Assembly: GCA_963702845.1 (NCBI GenBank)
Contig: OY969763.1
Location: forward strand, 3,712,001 to 3,776,000
Length of the DNA stretch: 64,000 nucleotides
DNA from: an uncultured Verrucomicrobiae bacterium
GTDB taxonomy: Bacteria; Verrucomicrobiota; Verrucomicrobiia; Limisphaerales; Palsa-1400
Reading direction: 5' to 3'
Part shown: positions 1-9,638 of the stretch, in pieces
Position numbering within the stretch: the stretch's first letter is position 1
Layout of the letters: each line of letters starts with the position of its first letter
Program-made: the position numbers and the translations under genes
The notes under the pieces: generated by a model
What the model saw: the letters and a program-made list of their open reading frames with translations, nothing else
What the model was told of the DNA's origin: nothing
The model's database searches: none

Positions 1-1
1 T

Positions 2-178
2 GTCTATGGACGCGGCGTCATTTTGCGCGAGCACGAAGGCATTCCAACCAAGTGCAGTTTGTTCGGGCGAATTCCCGGTGACTGGAAATATGATTGGAAC
101 GCTTTCGCCTTGGAATGCCGGAAGGCCCGTTGGGAAGGGCCTCAAGTGTTGCGCATCGAACGCGTCGAGGAAACCTAG
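2..178 (+). CDS. 3' end of a hypothetical protein (partial, begins left of window)
   Basis: Open frame from base 2 (VYGRGVILREHEG...RIERVEET) to TAG 176-178, convergent with the next gene. Confidence 0.4.
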   Translation, partial: VYGRGVILREHEGIPTKCSLFGRIPGDWKYDWNAFALECRKARWEGPQVLRIERVEET

Positions 179-189
179 CCCGACGTTTC

Positions 190-768
190 CTAGCGCGAAG
201 AACGGATGCTGCGGACGTGGTCCTGCACGACGGCGTCATGCAGATCGTAGGTTTGCGAGTTCGCTTCGGTTGAGACCTTTTGCCTGGCTTCAGTTTTGTT
301 AGCGGCGCGGACGGTGATAACCCTTTCCCAAACCGCTGTGCGTCTCACAATTGCGGTATACTCAGTCTCTTCGATGCGAATTGGCGTTTCCGTTGGAGCA
401 GCCGATTTGCGATCCCGCAATCGCTTATGCGCAGGCGCGGATGGCGCACGGGCCAAAGGATCAGCAACGGGTTCGGGCGCCAACAAATTGTATTTAATTC
501 CCACGACCTGCGTCTCAGGTTGGGCTCTCAGGCGTTTGGGAAAAACGAAGTATGAAACATTCTTCTGCTCACGAAAGCCAACCACGCCGAAATCTTTTTT
601 GTGGGTCCCTATGGTCCGATGGACGGTGAGCACACGATTTTCGCGCACCGCGCGGTTAAAGTGCCGGTCGTCCTTCGGGTCGGTCCAAAGCGTCGCCACG
701 TAGGGCTTGCCAGCCGCTTTCACCAACTCGGCGAATCGCACCGTCTTGCTCATACCCAAGTTTCGCAT
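190..768 (-). CDS. hypothetical protein (alternative start ATG 753)
   Basis: 192-aa ORF filling the gap, natural composition, no recognised motif. Confidence 0.6.
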   Translation of the reverse strand: MRNLGMSKTVRFAELVKAAGKPYVATLWTDPKDDRHFNRAVRENRVLTVHRTIGTHKKDFGVVGFREQKNVSYFVFPKRLRAQPETQVVGIKYNLLAPEPVADPLARAPSAPAHKRLRDRKSAAPTETPIRIEETEYTAIVRRTAVWERVITVRAANKTEARQKVSTEANSQTYDLHDAVVQDHVRSIRSSR

Positions 769-803
769 AGGAATGCGCCATTTGCACGGGCGGCCGCCCT
801 GAT

Positions 804-1496
804 TTAACGCAGCAACTGTTTCAACGCACCGTCGAACGGTCCATCCGATCCGCCATTCAATGCGCCCATTCGCAATGAAATCACTGCAGCCAACCCCATC
901 AAATCGCCTTCGTTTTTGATGTTATGAAAGATCTGGTTGGTTATTCCAAAATTTATTTCGCGCTCCTGACGCGGCGCTTCGACATTCGCAAAGTGCGCTT
1001 TTTGCAAAGTCAGGTTCAACGTATCGATGCCCATGAATTCGAATGGCGCGCGGAGTGTTGATGTGCCCAGCTTCGATGGTGCGGGTTTGCCGCTCAGCAC
1101 GGCCGCGTTGCGTTTTTGCAATTGATCGAAATTGGTGTGCCCCTTCTTGTCCTGAAGTACGTCCACTTCGGCCATATTAAACCGCACGAGGCGCAAGTGG
1201 AGTTTACCGGCGCGCGCCGCTTGAACATCGTATTCCACGTGCAGTTCGGGAATGTCCAGGCATTGCGACCCACCGAACTCGGCGGTGTTGTACATCTTGA
1301 AGTTTTCAATCGTCACCGTCGGCGAGAGCAGCCCAATGGATAGTTTGCCGATTTTCACACCCATGCCGGTTTCAGCGCGAATCCGGTTTTGAGCGATTTC
1401 GCGGGCGATAGTGTCCAGCAACAGAATGCCCGCGACGACGAGCACCACGAAAATGATGAACAAATAAAGTGCCCAGCGAAAAAGACGTCTAATCAC
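804..1496 (-). CDS. AsmA-like membrane-anchored protein
   Basis: N-terminal TM helix followed by an AsmA-N-like beta pattern (TGMGVKIGKLSIGLLSPTVTIENF); 4-bp overlap with the upstream gene. Confidence 0.6.
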   Translation of the reverse strand: MIRRLFRWALYLFIIFVVLVVAGILLLDTIAREIAQNRIRAETGMGVKIGKLSIGLLSPTVTIENFKMYNTAEFGGSQCLDIPELHVEYDVQAARAGKLHLRLVRFNMAEVDVLQDKKGHTNFDQLQKRNAAVLSGKPAPSKLGTSTLRAPFEFMGIDTLNLTLQKAHFANVEAPRQEREINFGITNQIFHNIKNEGDLMGLAAVISLRMGALNGGSDGPFDGALKQLLR

Positions 1497-2092
1497 AACT
1501 CAATATCCTCCGGCGTTACTTCAAGGCATTCGTCCTGGTCTTCCCAAATGATCATTGGGTAGTGCTCTAAAAACTGAGGCGCCAATTTGTTTCCAGCAAA
1601 TCCCAGCAGTTTTTCGGCTTGTTGCGCCGCGACCTCGTAGGCTTTGTCGTAATTCGGCACGCTCTTGCGCTGGCGATCCTCCCAATGCGCTACGGCGTGA
1701 ACCGGTGCATAATCAGCGCTCCAGTTCTTCACTGCTTCCTGCAACTCCAACGGTAGTTCGTCGAAGGCAACGACCGTTTCCGAGCAGTGCTGACAAACCA
1801 AGCCAGTCTCAAGAATATCGCGGGTCAGCAATGGCGCCATAGGAGCACGGCAACACGGCGATTCAGAGAAGGCTGCTGGAACACTGACGAGCCGTTTCAA
1901 CCAGATTTGGCGACTGTGCCCGACTTCTGCACCGAGCCGAAATGCGCCAATCAATGGATGTGAAAAGCGCCAGACACGGCCCTGCAATTGACCAAGCGTC
2001 TGCGACAACCACCGGGCCAAAGTAAGGTCGTCGAAATCCGCAAACACCCCGTTGTACTCGCGCCAAAGGCGATCTGACGCAGATTCATCCAT
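1493..2092 (-). CDS. hypothetical protein with possible zinc-binding Cys pairs
   Basis: 199-aa ORF; SPCCRAP and CQHC motifs. Confidence 0.65.
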   Translation of the reverse strand: MDESASDRLWREYNGVFADFDDLTLARWLSQTLGQLQGRVWRFSHPLIGAFRLGAEVGHSRQIWLKRLVSVPAAFSESPCCRAPMAPLLTRDILETGLVCQHCSETVVAFDELPLELQEAVKNWSADYAPVHAVAHWEDRQRKSVPNYDKAYEVAAQQAEKLLGFAGNKLAPQFLEHYPMIIWEDQDECLEVTPEDIEL

Positions 2093-2196
2093 TTGCAGAG
2101 AAGTACAGTTCGAAAGCCCAAAATCGAAAGCAGAAAAATTTCACGCGACCGCAAAAAATATTAGGGCGATGCGGTCAGGTCTTCTACAATGTTCAG

Positions 2197-2850
2197 ATGA
2201 TGTTTGCAGCGATTTTTGATTGGGACGGCGTGATCATCGACTCCTCCCGGCAGCACGAGCTTAGTTGGCAACAAATTGCGCGAGAGCTCCAGCACGAGTT
2301 GCCTCCCGGTTTTTTCAAGAAAAGCTTCGGGATGAAAAACGAGAAAATCATTCCTGAACTGCTCGGCTGGGCTACCGATTCTGAAAATGTCGGTAAAATT
2401 GCGCGCCGGAAAGAGGCGATCTATCGCGAGCTGATTAAGAAGAACGGTATCGAGGCGTTGCCGGGCGTACATGATTTGCTCGAGCAATTGCGCGCCGCGT
2501 CGATTCCTTGCGCCATCGGCTCGTCCAGCGCGCGGGAAAACATCTCGTGCATTATCGATGTGCTTGGCGTTTCGAAATATTTTGACGTGATCATCTGCGG
2601 GGCCGATGTGCATCACGGCAAACCGGACCCGGAAGTATTTCAACTCGCGGCTTCGCGGCTGGGAGTGACGCCTGATAAATGCGTTGTTTTCGAAGACGCG
2701 CATGTCGGATTGGAAGCAGCACGCCGCGCGGCGATGAAGGTTGTTGGCGTTGCCACCACGCATCCTGCGGAGACGTTGCACGATGCGGACATGGTCGTAG
2801 ACCGCCTTACTGAGGTAACGCTCGAAAAACTTAAAGGGCTGTTCAGCTAA
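2197..2850 (+). CDS. HAD-superfamily phosphatase (beta-phosphoglucomutase-like)
   Basis: IFDWDGVIIDS (DxD), GKPDPE, VFEDA...GLEAARRAAM motifs. Confidence 0.9.
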   Translation: MMFAAIFDWDGVIIDSSRQHELSWQQIARELQHELPPGFFKKSFGMKNEKIIPELLGWATDSENVGKIARRKEAIYRELIKKNGIEALPGVHDLLEQLRAASIPCAIGSSSARENISCIIDVLGVSKYFDVIICGADVHHGKPDPEVFQLAASRLGVTPDKCVVFEDAHVGLEAARRAAMKVVGVATTHPAETLHDADMVVDRLTEVTLEKLKGLFS

Positions 2851-2851
2851 C

Positions 2852-3157
2852 TCAGTCGCCGAACAACTTCTTCAACTGATCGCGAGCCGACGATTCGCGT
2901 GAATTGGTCTGCTCCTTCGAGACAAAAACGCGCGGCTTAAAATCAAAGTATTCGCAGAAATTTGCCGCGTGCTTCTCTTCCACTGGATCGGCACGGCGGT
3001 CCCGGCATTGGTGCGCCACGCGCGCGTCGTAGGCGGCGCAATTGAGGCAAACACGCAAATCGGAACTGCATTTATGGCAGGTTTCACTGCGACCGGGCTG
3101 CCCCGGAATCGTCCATTCCCAACCGCACTTATGACAATGTCGCGTCATCTTGCTCAT
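2852..3157 (-). CDS. small Cys-rich (zinc-binding) hypothetical protein
   Basis: CHKC, CHKC, CLNC, C...NFCEYF; start taken at MSKMTRHC. Confidence 0.7.
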   Translation of the reverse strand: MSKMTRHCHKCGWEWTIPGQPGRSETCHKCSSDLRVCLNCAAYDARVAHQCRDRRADPVEEKHAANFCEYFDFKPRVFVSKEQTNSRESSARDQLKKLFGD

Positions 3158-3201
3158 GAGCGCTAAACTGTAGCATCGGTTCGTTTGTTGCCTAGTGCAA
3201 A

Positions 3202-4146
3202 TTACTGGGAACCTTTGCGAAAACATTTCAGGGCCGCGTTGAAGTCTTTCGGTATAGGAGCCTCGAACTTCATCTTCTTTTTTGTGCGCGGATGTTTCAG
3301 CACAATCCGACTGGCATGGAGCATCTGCCGCGTCACCTCACAACCGGTGACTTCCGACAACTTCGCATTCTTGCGGTCGCCATAAATGAGATCACCGACG
3401 ACCGGATAGCCAATGTGCTGAAAATGCACACGAATTTGGTGCGTGCGCCCAGTGTGAATCTGCGCCTCAACATAGGTGACGTTCGCCAGACGTTCGACGA
3501 CTTTGTAGGACGTGTGCGCGTCGCGGCCGTCATCAGTCGCCGTCATCCGTTTTCGATGGGTCGGGTGACGCGCGATCGCCGCCCGAATTTCTCCAGTATC
3601 TTTGGGGAGAAGTCCACAAAGGAGCGCGTGATAAGTCTTCTCCAATGAACGTCCGGAAAATTGCTCGGCCAACGCCAGGTGCGCTTCGTCATTCTTCGCC
3701 ACGACCAAACATCCGCTGGTGTCTTTGTCCAAGCGATGAACAATTCCCGGCCGCGCCACTCCGCCGATGCCACTCAGATTTCCGGCACAATGATGCAGCA
3801 AAGCATTGACCAAAGTATCGGTTTCATGTCCTGCCGCCGGATGCACCACTACTCCCGCCGATTTATTGATCACGAGAAAATCTTTGTCTTCGAACAGCAC
3901 ATCGAGCGGTATGTCTTGCGGTTTAGCTTCAGAGGGTCGCGGCTCCGGCCAATGAATGGAAACCGTTTGACCGGGGCGTGGAAAATGGTTGGGCTTTACC
4001 TTTTTGCCATCGACCAAAATGTGCCCCTCATCCATCAAGCGCTGCAATGTGCTACGCGAAACGGCAGGGAATTTGGTTTTGAGAAAAGTATCCAGCCGCT
4101 CCATCGGGAGCGATTGATCGATCACGACTGTTGCGTCACGGGACAT
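3202..4146 (-). CDS. rluD: RluA/RluD-family 23S rRNA pseudouridine synthase
   Basis: N-terminal S4 domain, GIVHRLDKDTSG catalytic motif, GRTHQIRVH, RQMLHA. Confidence 0.9.
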   Translation of the reverse strand: MSRDATVVIDQSLPMERLDTFLKTKFPAVSRSTLQRLMDEGHILVDGKKVKPNHFPRPGQTVSIHWPEPRPSEAKPQDIPLDVLFEDKDFLVINKSAGVVVHPAAGHETDTLVNALLHHCAGNLSGIGGVARPGIVHRLDKDTSGCLVVAKNDEAHLALAEQFSGRSLEKTYHALLCGLLPKDTGEIRAAIARHPTHRKRMTATDDGRDAHTSYKVVERLANVTYVEAQIHTGRTHQIRVHFQHIGYPVVGDLIYGDRKNAKLSEVTGCEVTRQMLHASRIVLKHPRTKKKMKFEAPIPKDFNAALKCFRKGSQ

Positions 4147-4160
4147 TCAGAGGGAGTTAA

Positions 4161-4184
4161 CAGTAAGCAGTAATCAGTAAACAG
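4161..4184. repeat. heptamer tandem repeat (CAGTAAN x3)
   Basis: cagtaag cagtaat cagtaaa cag in the lspA-rluD spacer. Confidence 0.6.
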
Positions 4185-4194
4185 ACAAAACTGT

Positions 4195-4737
4195 TCACTG
4201 CTGGGCCGCGCCTGCGACCTGCTGCGCATTTTTCAACTCGGCGTCGCGCTTCCACGAAAGGATGATCAACAAACCGACGCCAACACAGATTGCGCTATCG
4301 GCAATATTAAACGCCGGAAAACCTACTTCTTCCCCACTTCTCTTGTGCAAATAAAACCGCAGGAAATCAATGACCTGGGCGCGATGCGGGTCAAGCCGAT
4401 CGAAGAGATTGCCGATAATACCACCGAAGATCAGCCCGAGAGAAAGTTGTCCGAGCCACGTGCTCGTATCGAATTTGTGCCGCCAGATGAACAACCCGAG
4501 CAATGCAATCAACGAAACGATGGCCAAGGCCGCGTTGCTGTCATGGAATAAACTCCAGGCAGCGCCGGTATTACCCCAGAGAACCAATTTGAAAAAGCCA
4601 TCGACCACGATGTGTTCCCGCGACACGCCGCCCTGGACGGGCCCGAGATATTGCAGCGCCAAATATTTCGTCAATTGGTCGAGCGCGAAGATTACAATGG
4701 CAATCACTGCCATTCGCCGATTTGGTGTCCACTTCAT
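4195..4737 (-). CDS. lspA: lipoprotein signal peptidase II
   Basis: DQLTK, NTGAAWS, GNLFDR, VIDF, FPAFNIADSAI motifs. Confidence 0.95.
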   Translation of the reverse strand: MKWTPNRRMAVIAIVIFALDQLTKYLALQYLGPVQGGVSREHIVVDGFFKLVLWGNTGAAWSLFHDSNAALAIVSLIALLGLFIWRHKFDTSTWLGQLSLGLIFGGIIGNLFDRLDPHRAQVIDFLRFYLHKRSGEEVGFPAFNIADSAICVGVGLLIILSWKRDAELKNAQQVAGAAQQ

Positions 4738-5417
4738 CTTACAAAAATCACTCGCGTCCCAACGAGAAGGTCGTGCAACGCCCGTTTGTCTTCGCGAAAC
4801 GCGATCAAAAGATAGCCTATGCCGCAGGTGATGTCACTCAGGCGCTCTGCTAACCACCGCGCTGCTGCAACGCCGTAGCCGATGCGCGTGCCGTCGACGC
4901 GAACAATTCGTGCGCCGATCGCCATTTTGCCGAGCGTCGCACCGAAGCTGCCGTTGAAAATGACTTCATACAAAAAGCCGCACGCAAAAATGACCAGCAT
5001 TTGATACGCGAGCAGCGGCCCAAGACTGTGGAAGTAGGCGAATATATCATCGAATGTCCCGAAGCTCGCCGGCGGCGGCGGAAACTTCCAGCCCATCGTT
5101 GCGGCGATTGTTTCCCAAACGAAACCGCACACAAACGACAGCAAAATCCGGTCAACGAGATACGCTCCGAGCCGCGCCCAAAACCCCGCCGGTCGCGCCG
5201 CGTTCACCGCCGCCAATCCCGCTGCGGCGATCACCTGGGTTAACTCGCCGCGAATTTCGGTAAATTGAGCTGCGGGAGACCAAAGGCCGGTGTCACTGCG
5301 CCAGATTGGAGTCGCACCCGCTACGCGACCGTCGCGAATCCACGATTTTAATTCGTCGAGTGTCGCGGGTCCGTATTCGCGTCCGTCGCCTCCAATGATT
5401 TTATACTGGGTTTCCAC
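4734..5417 (-). CDS. RDD-family membrane protein with N-terminal GYF_2 (DUF4339) domain
   Basis: YKIIGGDGREYGP...W; AGFWARLGAYLVD; GATLGKMAIG; RALHDLLVGTRV. Confidence 0.85.
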   Translation of the reverse strand: METQYKIIGGDGREYGPATLDELKSWIRDGRVAGATPIWRSDTGLWSPAAQFTEIRGELTQVIAAAGLAAVNAARPAGFWARLGAYLVDRILLSFVCGFVWETIAATMGWKFPPPPASFGTFDDIFAYFHSLGPLLAYQMLVIFACGFLYEVIFNGSFGATLGKMAIGARIVRVDGTRIGYGVAAARWLAERLSDITCGIGYLLIAFREDKRALHDLLVGTRVIFVR

Positions 5418-5467
5418 AAAGACAGCAGGCGGTGATTAAACAGTGAACCACGCAAAACACAATGGTT

Positions 5468-8416
5468 TTATATTTTTAGCGTTTCGAGAAGTTGCGCGAG
5501 AAAATTACCGGTGTAACTGCCGGGAATTTGCGCAACATCCTCGGGCGTTCCTTCAGCGACGATGCGACCGCCGTCGTCCCCGGCCTCCGGCCCAAGATCA
5601 ATCACCCAATCGGCCGACTTTATGACTTCAAGATTATGTTCGATCACCACGACGGAATGTCCGGCGTCGACCAATCGTTGAAACACCTTCAGTAACACGC
5701 GGACATCTTCGAAGTGCAAACCGGTCGTGGGCTCATCGAATAAAAATAAAATCGGCTTCGTGCTGTTTTTGAAGTCCGCTTCCTCAACCTCCGCCAAATG
5801 ACTGACGAGTTTTAGCCGCTGACTTTCGCCACCGGACAAGGTGGTCACTGGTTGGCCGAGTCGCAAATAACCAAGACCGGTCTCCTGCAACAATTTCAAT
5901 CCGGCTGCCGCGCGTTTCGCCTGCGCTGAGTCGGGGAACGCCGAAAGAAATTCCACCACTTCATCAACTGTCGCCTCCAGCACATCGCCAATGCTCCACT
6001 CACGCGTCGAACCCGGGGCTTGCAGTTTCACTTCCAAAATATGCGGGCGATAGCGTCGCCCGTTGCAGTCCGGGCAGCGAATGAATACGTCGCTCAAAAA
6101 CTGCATTTCGATCTTTTCGAAACCGGCGCCGCGGCAGCGTTCACATTGCCCTTGCGCGGAATTAAAACTAAACGCACTCGCATTGAGCCCGCGCTGCCTG
6201 GCCATTTCGCTCTGCGCAAACAGCGCGCGAATGTCTTCGAAGGCGCCAATATAGACAGCGGGATTCGAGCGCGGCGTGCGACCGAGCGGCGATTGATCCA
6301 CCAGCACAACCCGGCTCAACCTTTCCCAACCAGAAATCGGCGCGAATAAATATTGGGCGGCATCCTTGTCGTCGTCGTTCTCCTTCTCTTCAACGTCGCG
6401 ATTTGGCTTGGCCTGTGGTTGCTGTTTCAATTTGGATTCCAGCGCGGGCAATAACACCTCGCGCATCAATGTCGTCTTACCCGATCCGCTCACGCCGGTG
6501 ATCGCGACAAATCGGCTGAGTGGAATTTCGACCGTTAGATCGCGCAAGTTGTGCGTGTGCGCATGCTCGAGTTTCAACCATGCGCAATCTTTTCCGGTGC
6601 GGCGCGTCGGAAGCTCGATCCGTCGGGCACCGCTGAGATATTGGCCGGTCAACGATTTGTTCGATTGCAACAGCTCCGAAACGGTTCCTTGAAACACCAC
6701 CTGACCGCCGGACTCACCATGGCCGGGGCCAATATCGACAACCTGGTCCGCCGCGCGAATGACGCCAGCTTCGTGCTCCACGACCACGACCGTATTTCCA
6801 ACGGACCGTAACCGCTCCACGATCCGAACCAATCGCTCCGTGTCACGCGGATGCAATCCGACACTCGGCTCATCTAAAACAAACAAAGTGTTTACGAGAC
6901 AGGAACCAAGGCAGGTTGTTAAATTGACACGCTCCGTTTCGCCGCCCGACAACGAACGCGTGCTCCGGTCGAGCGTCAAATAACCAAGCCCGACATCATC
7001 CAAATAACCAAGGCGCGAACAAACTTCATGCAGCGCGAGGTTGATTGGGTCAGTTCGTTTCAAATGTTTTCGTGCGCTCGCGATGCCGTTCACAAAACCA
7101 AGAGCTTCGCGCACGCTCAGTTTGTAAAAGTCACCAATCGATTTTCCCTGCAATCGATAGAGCAAGCTGTCCGGCTGAAAGCGCGCACCGTGACAATCTG
7201 GGCAAGTCCGATAACTGCGATATCGCGACAAGAGCACGCGCACGTGCATCTTGTAAGCCTTCGATTCCAGCCACCGAAAATAGCCTTTCACGCCGTACCA
7301 GTATTTTGGCCAACGATGCGCGTCGTCCTTACCGTAACCGGGATCGCCGTTGATGACCCAATCCTGAAATTTCTGCGGCAAGTTCTCGAACGGCACGTCC
7401 ATCGGCACATGCCGCGATTTCGCGAACTTCTTCAAATCATCCTGACTCTCGGCGCCCTGCCCGGTTTGCCACGGCTTGACCGCGCCAGCGGCTAAGGTCT
7501 TCGACCGGTCCGGAATCGCCGCATTGTAATCGATGGTGATGATGCGCCCGAAACCACGACACGTCGGACACGCGCCAATCGGATAGTTGAAGCTGAACAG
7601 GGCCGCACTCGGCTCGCGGTATTCCAAATCGCAATCCGCACAATGGAACTTGTTGGAAAATAGTTTCGTTTGAGCGCCGCGAATTGCCAAATGCCCTTTG
7701 CCGAAATGATACGCCTGCTCGCAAGCCTCGATGAAGCGCGCTCGGTTCTCGTCGGCAATTTTGACTCTGTCCTGCAAAACCGTCACGAGCTTCGGCTTCG
7801 CGCCGGCCAACTTTGACGCGGCGTCCTCGAGCCGCACATACTCCGCGCCAACCAATAGGCGTTGGTAACCTTGTTTTGCAATCAGCGCCAAGGACTCATC
7901 GAGCGAAAGCTTCTCGCTCAATGGCAGATCAAACGTGACGAACACCTCGGCACCAGAGTTCTTCTGCCGAATGATCTCCCAAATGCGCTGCGGCGAATCC
8001 TTCTGCACCGGTTGACCGCAATTTCGGCAAAGCAAGTGGGACAGATGCGGCCAGAACAATTTGGTGTAATCAACGATCTCCGTCATCGTCCCAACCGTCG
8101 ACCTCGTGCTCTTCACCGTATTACGCTGTTCGATAGCGATCGCCGGTGGAATGCCTTCGATACTGTCCGCCTGCGGCTTGTCCATGCGGTCCAGGAACTG
8201 GCGGGCGTAGGGCGAAAAAGTTTCGATATAGCGCCGTTGCCCTTCCGCAAAAAGAGTGTCGAAAGCGAGTGAACTTTTTCCGGAACCGCTGAGCCCGGTA
8301 AAGACGATCAATTTGCCGAGCGGCAAATCGAGATCGAAATTTTTGAGATTATTCTGCCGGACTCCGCGAAGGCGGATAACCCTGGCAACCGGGCCTTTTG
8401 ACATCGTCATAAACAA
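5468..8416 (-). CDS. uvrA: excinuclease ABC subunit A (UvrA family)
   Basis: Two Walker A motifs (GLSGSGKSS, GVSGSGKTT), LSGGE signatures, DEP motifs, CxxC zinc fingers. Confidence 0.93.
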   Translation of the reverse strand: MFMTMSKGPVARVIRLRGVRQNNLKNFDLDLPLGKLIVFTGLSGSGKSSLAFDTLFAEGQRRYIETFSPYARQFLDRMDKPQADSIEGIPPAIAIEQRNTVKSTRSTVGTMTEIVDYTKLFWPHLSHLLCRNCGQPVQKDSPQRIWEIIRQKNSGAEVFVTFDLPLSEKLSLDESLALIAKQGYQRLLVGAEYVRLEDAASKLAGAKPKLVTVLQDRVKIADENRARFIEACEQAYHFGKGHLAIRGAQTKLFSNKFHCADCDLEYREPSAALFSFNYPIGACPTCRGFGRIITIDYNAAIPDRSKTLAAGAVKPWQTGQGAESQDDLKKFAKSRHVPMDVPFENLPQKFQDWVINGDPGYGKDDAHRWPKYWYGVKGYFRWLESKAYKMHVRVLLSRYRSYRTCPDCHGARFQPDSLLYRLQGKSIGDFYKLSVREALGFVNGIASARKHLKRTDPINLALHEVCSRLGYLDDVGLGYLTLDRSTRSLSGGETERVNLTTCLGSCLVNTLFVLDEPSVGLHPRDTERLVRIVERLRSVGNTVVVVEHEAGVIRAADQVVDIGPGHGESGGQVVFQGTVSELLQSNKSLTGQYLSGARRIELPTRRTGKDCAWLKLEHAHTHNLRDLTVEIPLSRFVAITGVSGSGKTTLMREVLLPALESKLKQQPQAKPNRDVEEKENDDDKDAAQYLFAPISGWERLSRVVLVDQSPLGRTPRSNPAVYIGAFEDIRALFAQSEMARQRGLNASAFSFNSAQGQCERCRGAGFEKIEMQFLSDVFIRCPDCNGRRYRPHILEVKLQAPGSTREWSIGDVLEATVDEVVEFLSAFPDSAQAKRAAAGLKLLQETGLGYLRLGQPVTTLSGGESQRLKLVSHLAEVEEADFKNSTKPILFLFDEPTTGLHFEDVRVLLKVFQRLVDAGHSVVVIEHNLEVIKSADWVIDLGPEAGDDGGRIVAEGTPEDVAQIPGSYTGNFLAQLLETLKI

Positions 8417-8720
8417 CCTAAACGGGAGCCCGCCAGTGTCAACGTCGACGGACTTTCATTTGAGTTCTCGTCTCGGGCGCTCGTTTCAGAGCCAACTTCG
8501 AGAAGCTTTTTTGTACCGTAATCACCCATTCCAAAATGCGGACAAACCACGTTGTAACTTGCGCAATTTATGCGCAGCAACGTGGGAACAATACCCTGTA
8601 GGCTATTCCACTCATGCAAGTCCCAGAACATAAGGTTTTTCCGTATGTTTGATTAGCACACTTTTTGATTGCACTATAACCAATCAACTACCATACTAAC
8701 TTCACTAAGCCTTGCGACGT

Positions 8721-9452
8721 ATGCCAACGTTCCTCCAACGCAGGAGACACGGGAGCTATAAGCGAGATGGCTTTACCCTTATCGAGTTGGGTATAGTCAT
8801 CGCGATTACTGCTATTCTCGCGGCTTTGATCCTCCCTGCCCTCGCTAGCGCCAAAGAACGTTCTCGCCGCACCGCCTGCAAAAGCAACCAGCATCAATTC
8901 TATCTGGCTTGTGCAATGTATGCGGACGACAACAATCAATATCTTCCCAAAGCGATCGACAACCACGGCTACTATTCAACGCTCTGGGTCTCCGATCCGA
9001 CCTATCAAGCCTTTACGGATTACACCAGCGACTATCGCGTTCTCTATTGTCCGAACATTGTCCTCGGCAGCGAACCTCGCTACACCGAATCGAAAGGTTA
9101 TCTGATCGGCTACAATTATCTCGGTAACGTGGATCCGCCGACCGAAAAAGGTCCGGACGTCGTTGTTTCGCCACGAAGAATGACGGACGATCCCAACATT
9201 ACGCTCTTGGCTGACGCCAACTACTTCGGTGGTCAGGACAAATTGAAGATTGCTCCGCACACGATTTCCGGCGCGGCTGTGGCGAACAAGACTTCTATCA
9301 CCCGCAATCTTCCCGGCAAAACCAGCGCTGATCTCGGCGCGGTTGGCGGTAACGTCGGCACGCTCGACGGCGCAATCAATTGGAAACAAGTCGGCGCGAT
9401 GCACACGTATCATTCGCTGGGCAACGATCCCAGCTATTTCGGTAATTGGTAA
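8721..9452 (+). CDS. prepilin-type N-terminal cleavage/methylation protein (DUF1559/H-X9-DG-like)
   Basis: GFTLIELGIVIAITAILAALILPALASAKE...C-SN; C-terminal GGNVGTLDG. Confidence 0.85.
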   Translation: MPTFLQRRRHGSYKRDGFTLIELGIVIAITAILAALILPALASAKERSRRTACKSNQHQFYLACAMYADDNNQYLPKAIDNHGYYSTLWVSDPTYQAFTDYTSDYRVLYCPNIVLGSEPRYTESKGYLIGYNYLGNVDPPTEKGPDVVVSPRRMTDDPNITLLADANYFGGQDKLKIAPHTISGAAVANKTSITRNLPGKTSADLGAVGGNVGTLDGAINWKQVGAMHTYHSLGNDPSYFGNW

Positions 9453-9533
9453 TCGACTTCTTCGTTCGCAGCTCTTCTCGTTTTGCCGTTCGCTCGTCCG
9501 TCACCAATCATTAAGCTTCCGTGTACGAATTCC

Positions 9534-9586
9534 GGTGCTTGGAGTTTTGGGCTTCCCTGGAGTTTGAATTTTGGTGCTTGGAACTT
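9534..9586. repeat. single arm of the CCAAGCT/CCAAGCA heptamer element (same family as 47688-47808)
   Basis: Reverse complement aagttccaagcaccaaaattcaaactccagggaagcccaaaactccaagcacc aligns by eye with both arms at 47.7 kb. Confidence 0.7.
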
Positions 9587-9638
9587 AATGTTTGGCCTTT
9601 GACCCGCCAGCAAGTTCCCCTCTCACGCTCCGCCACCG

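Noticed and set aside
8417..8720. LexA box upstream of uvrA
   Set aside because: No TGTTC-N4-GAACA or CTGT-N8-ACAG palindrome found by eye; only isolated GAACA half sites
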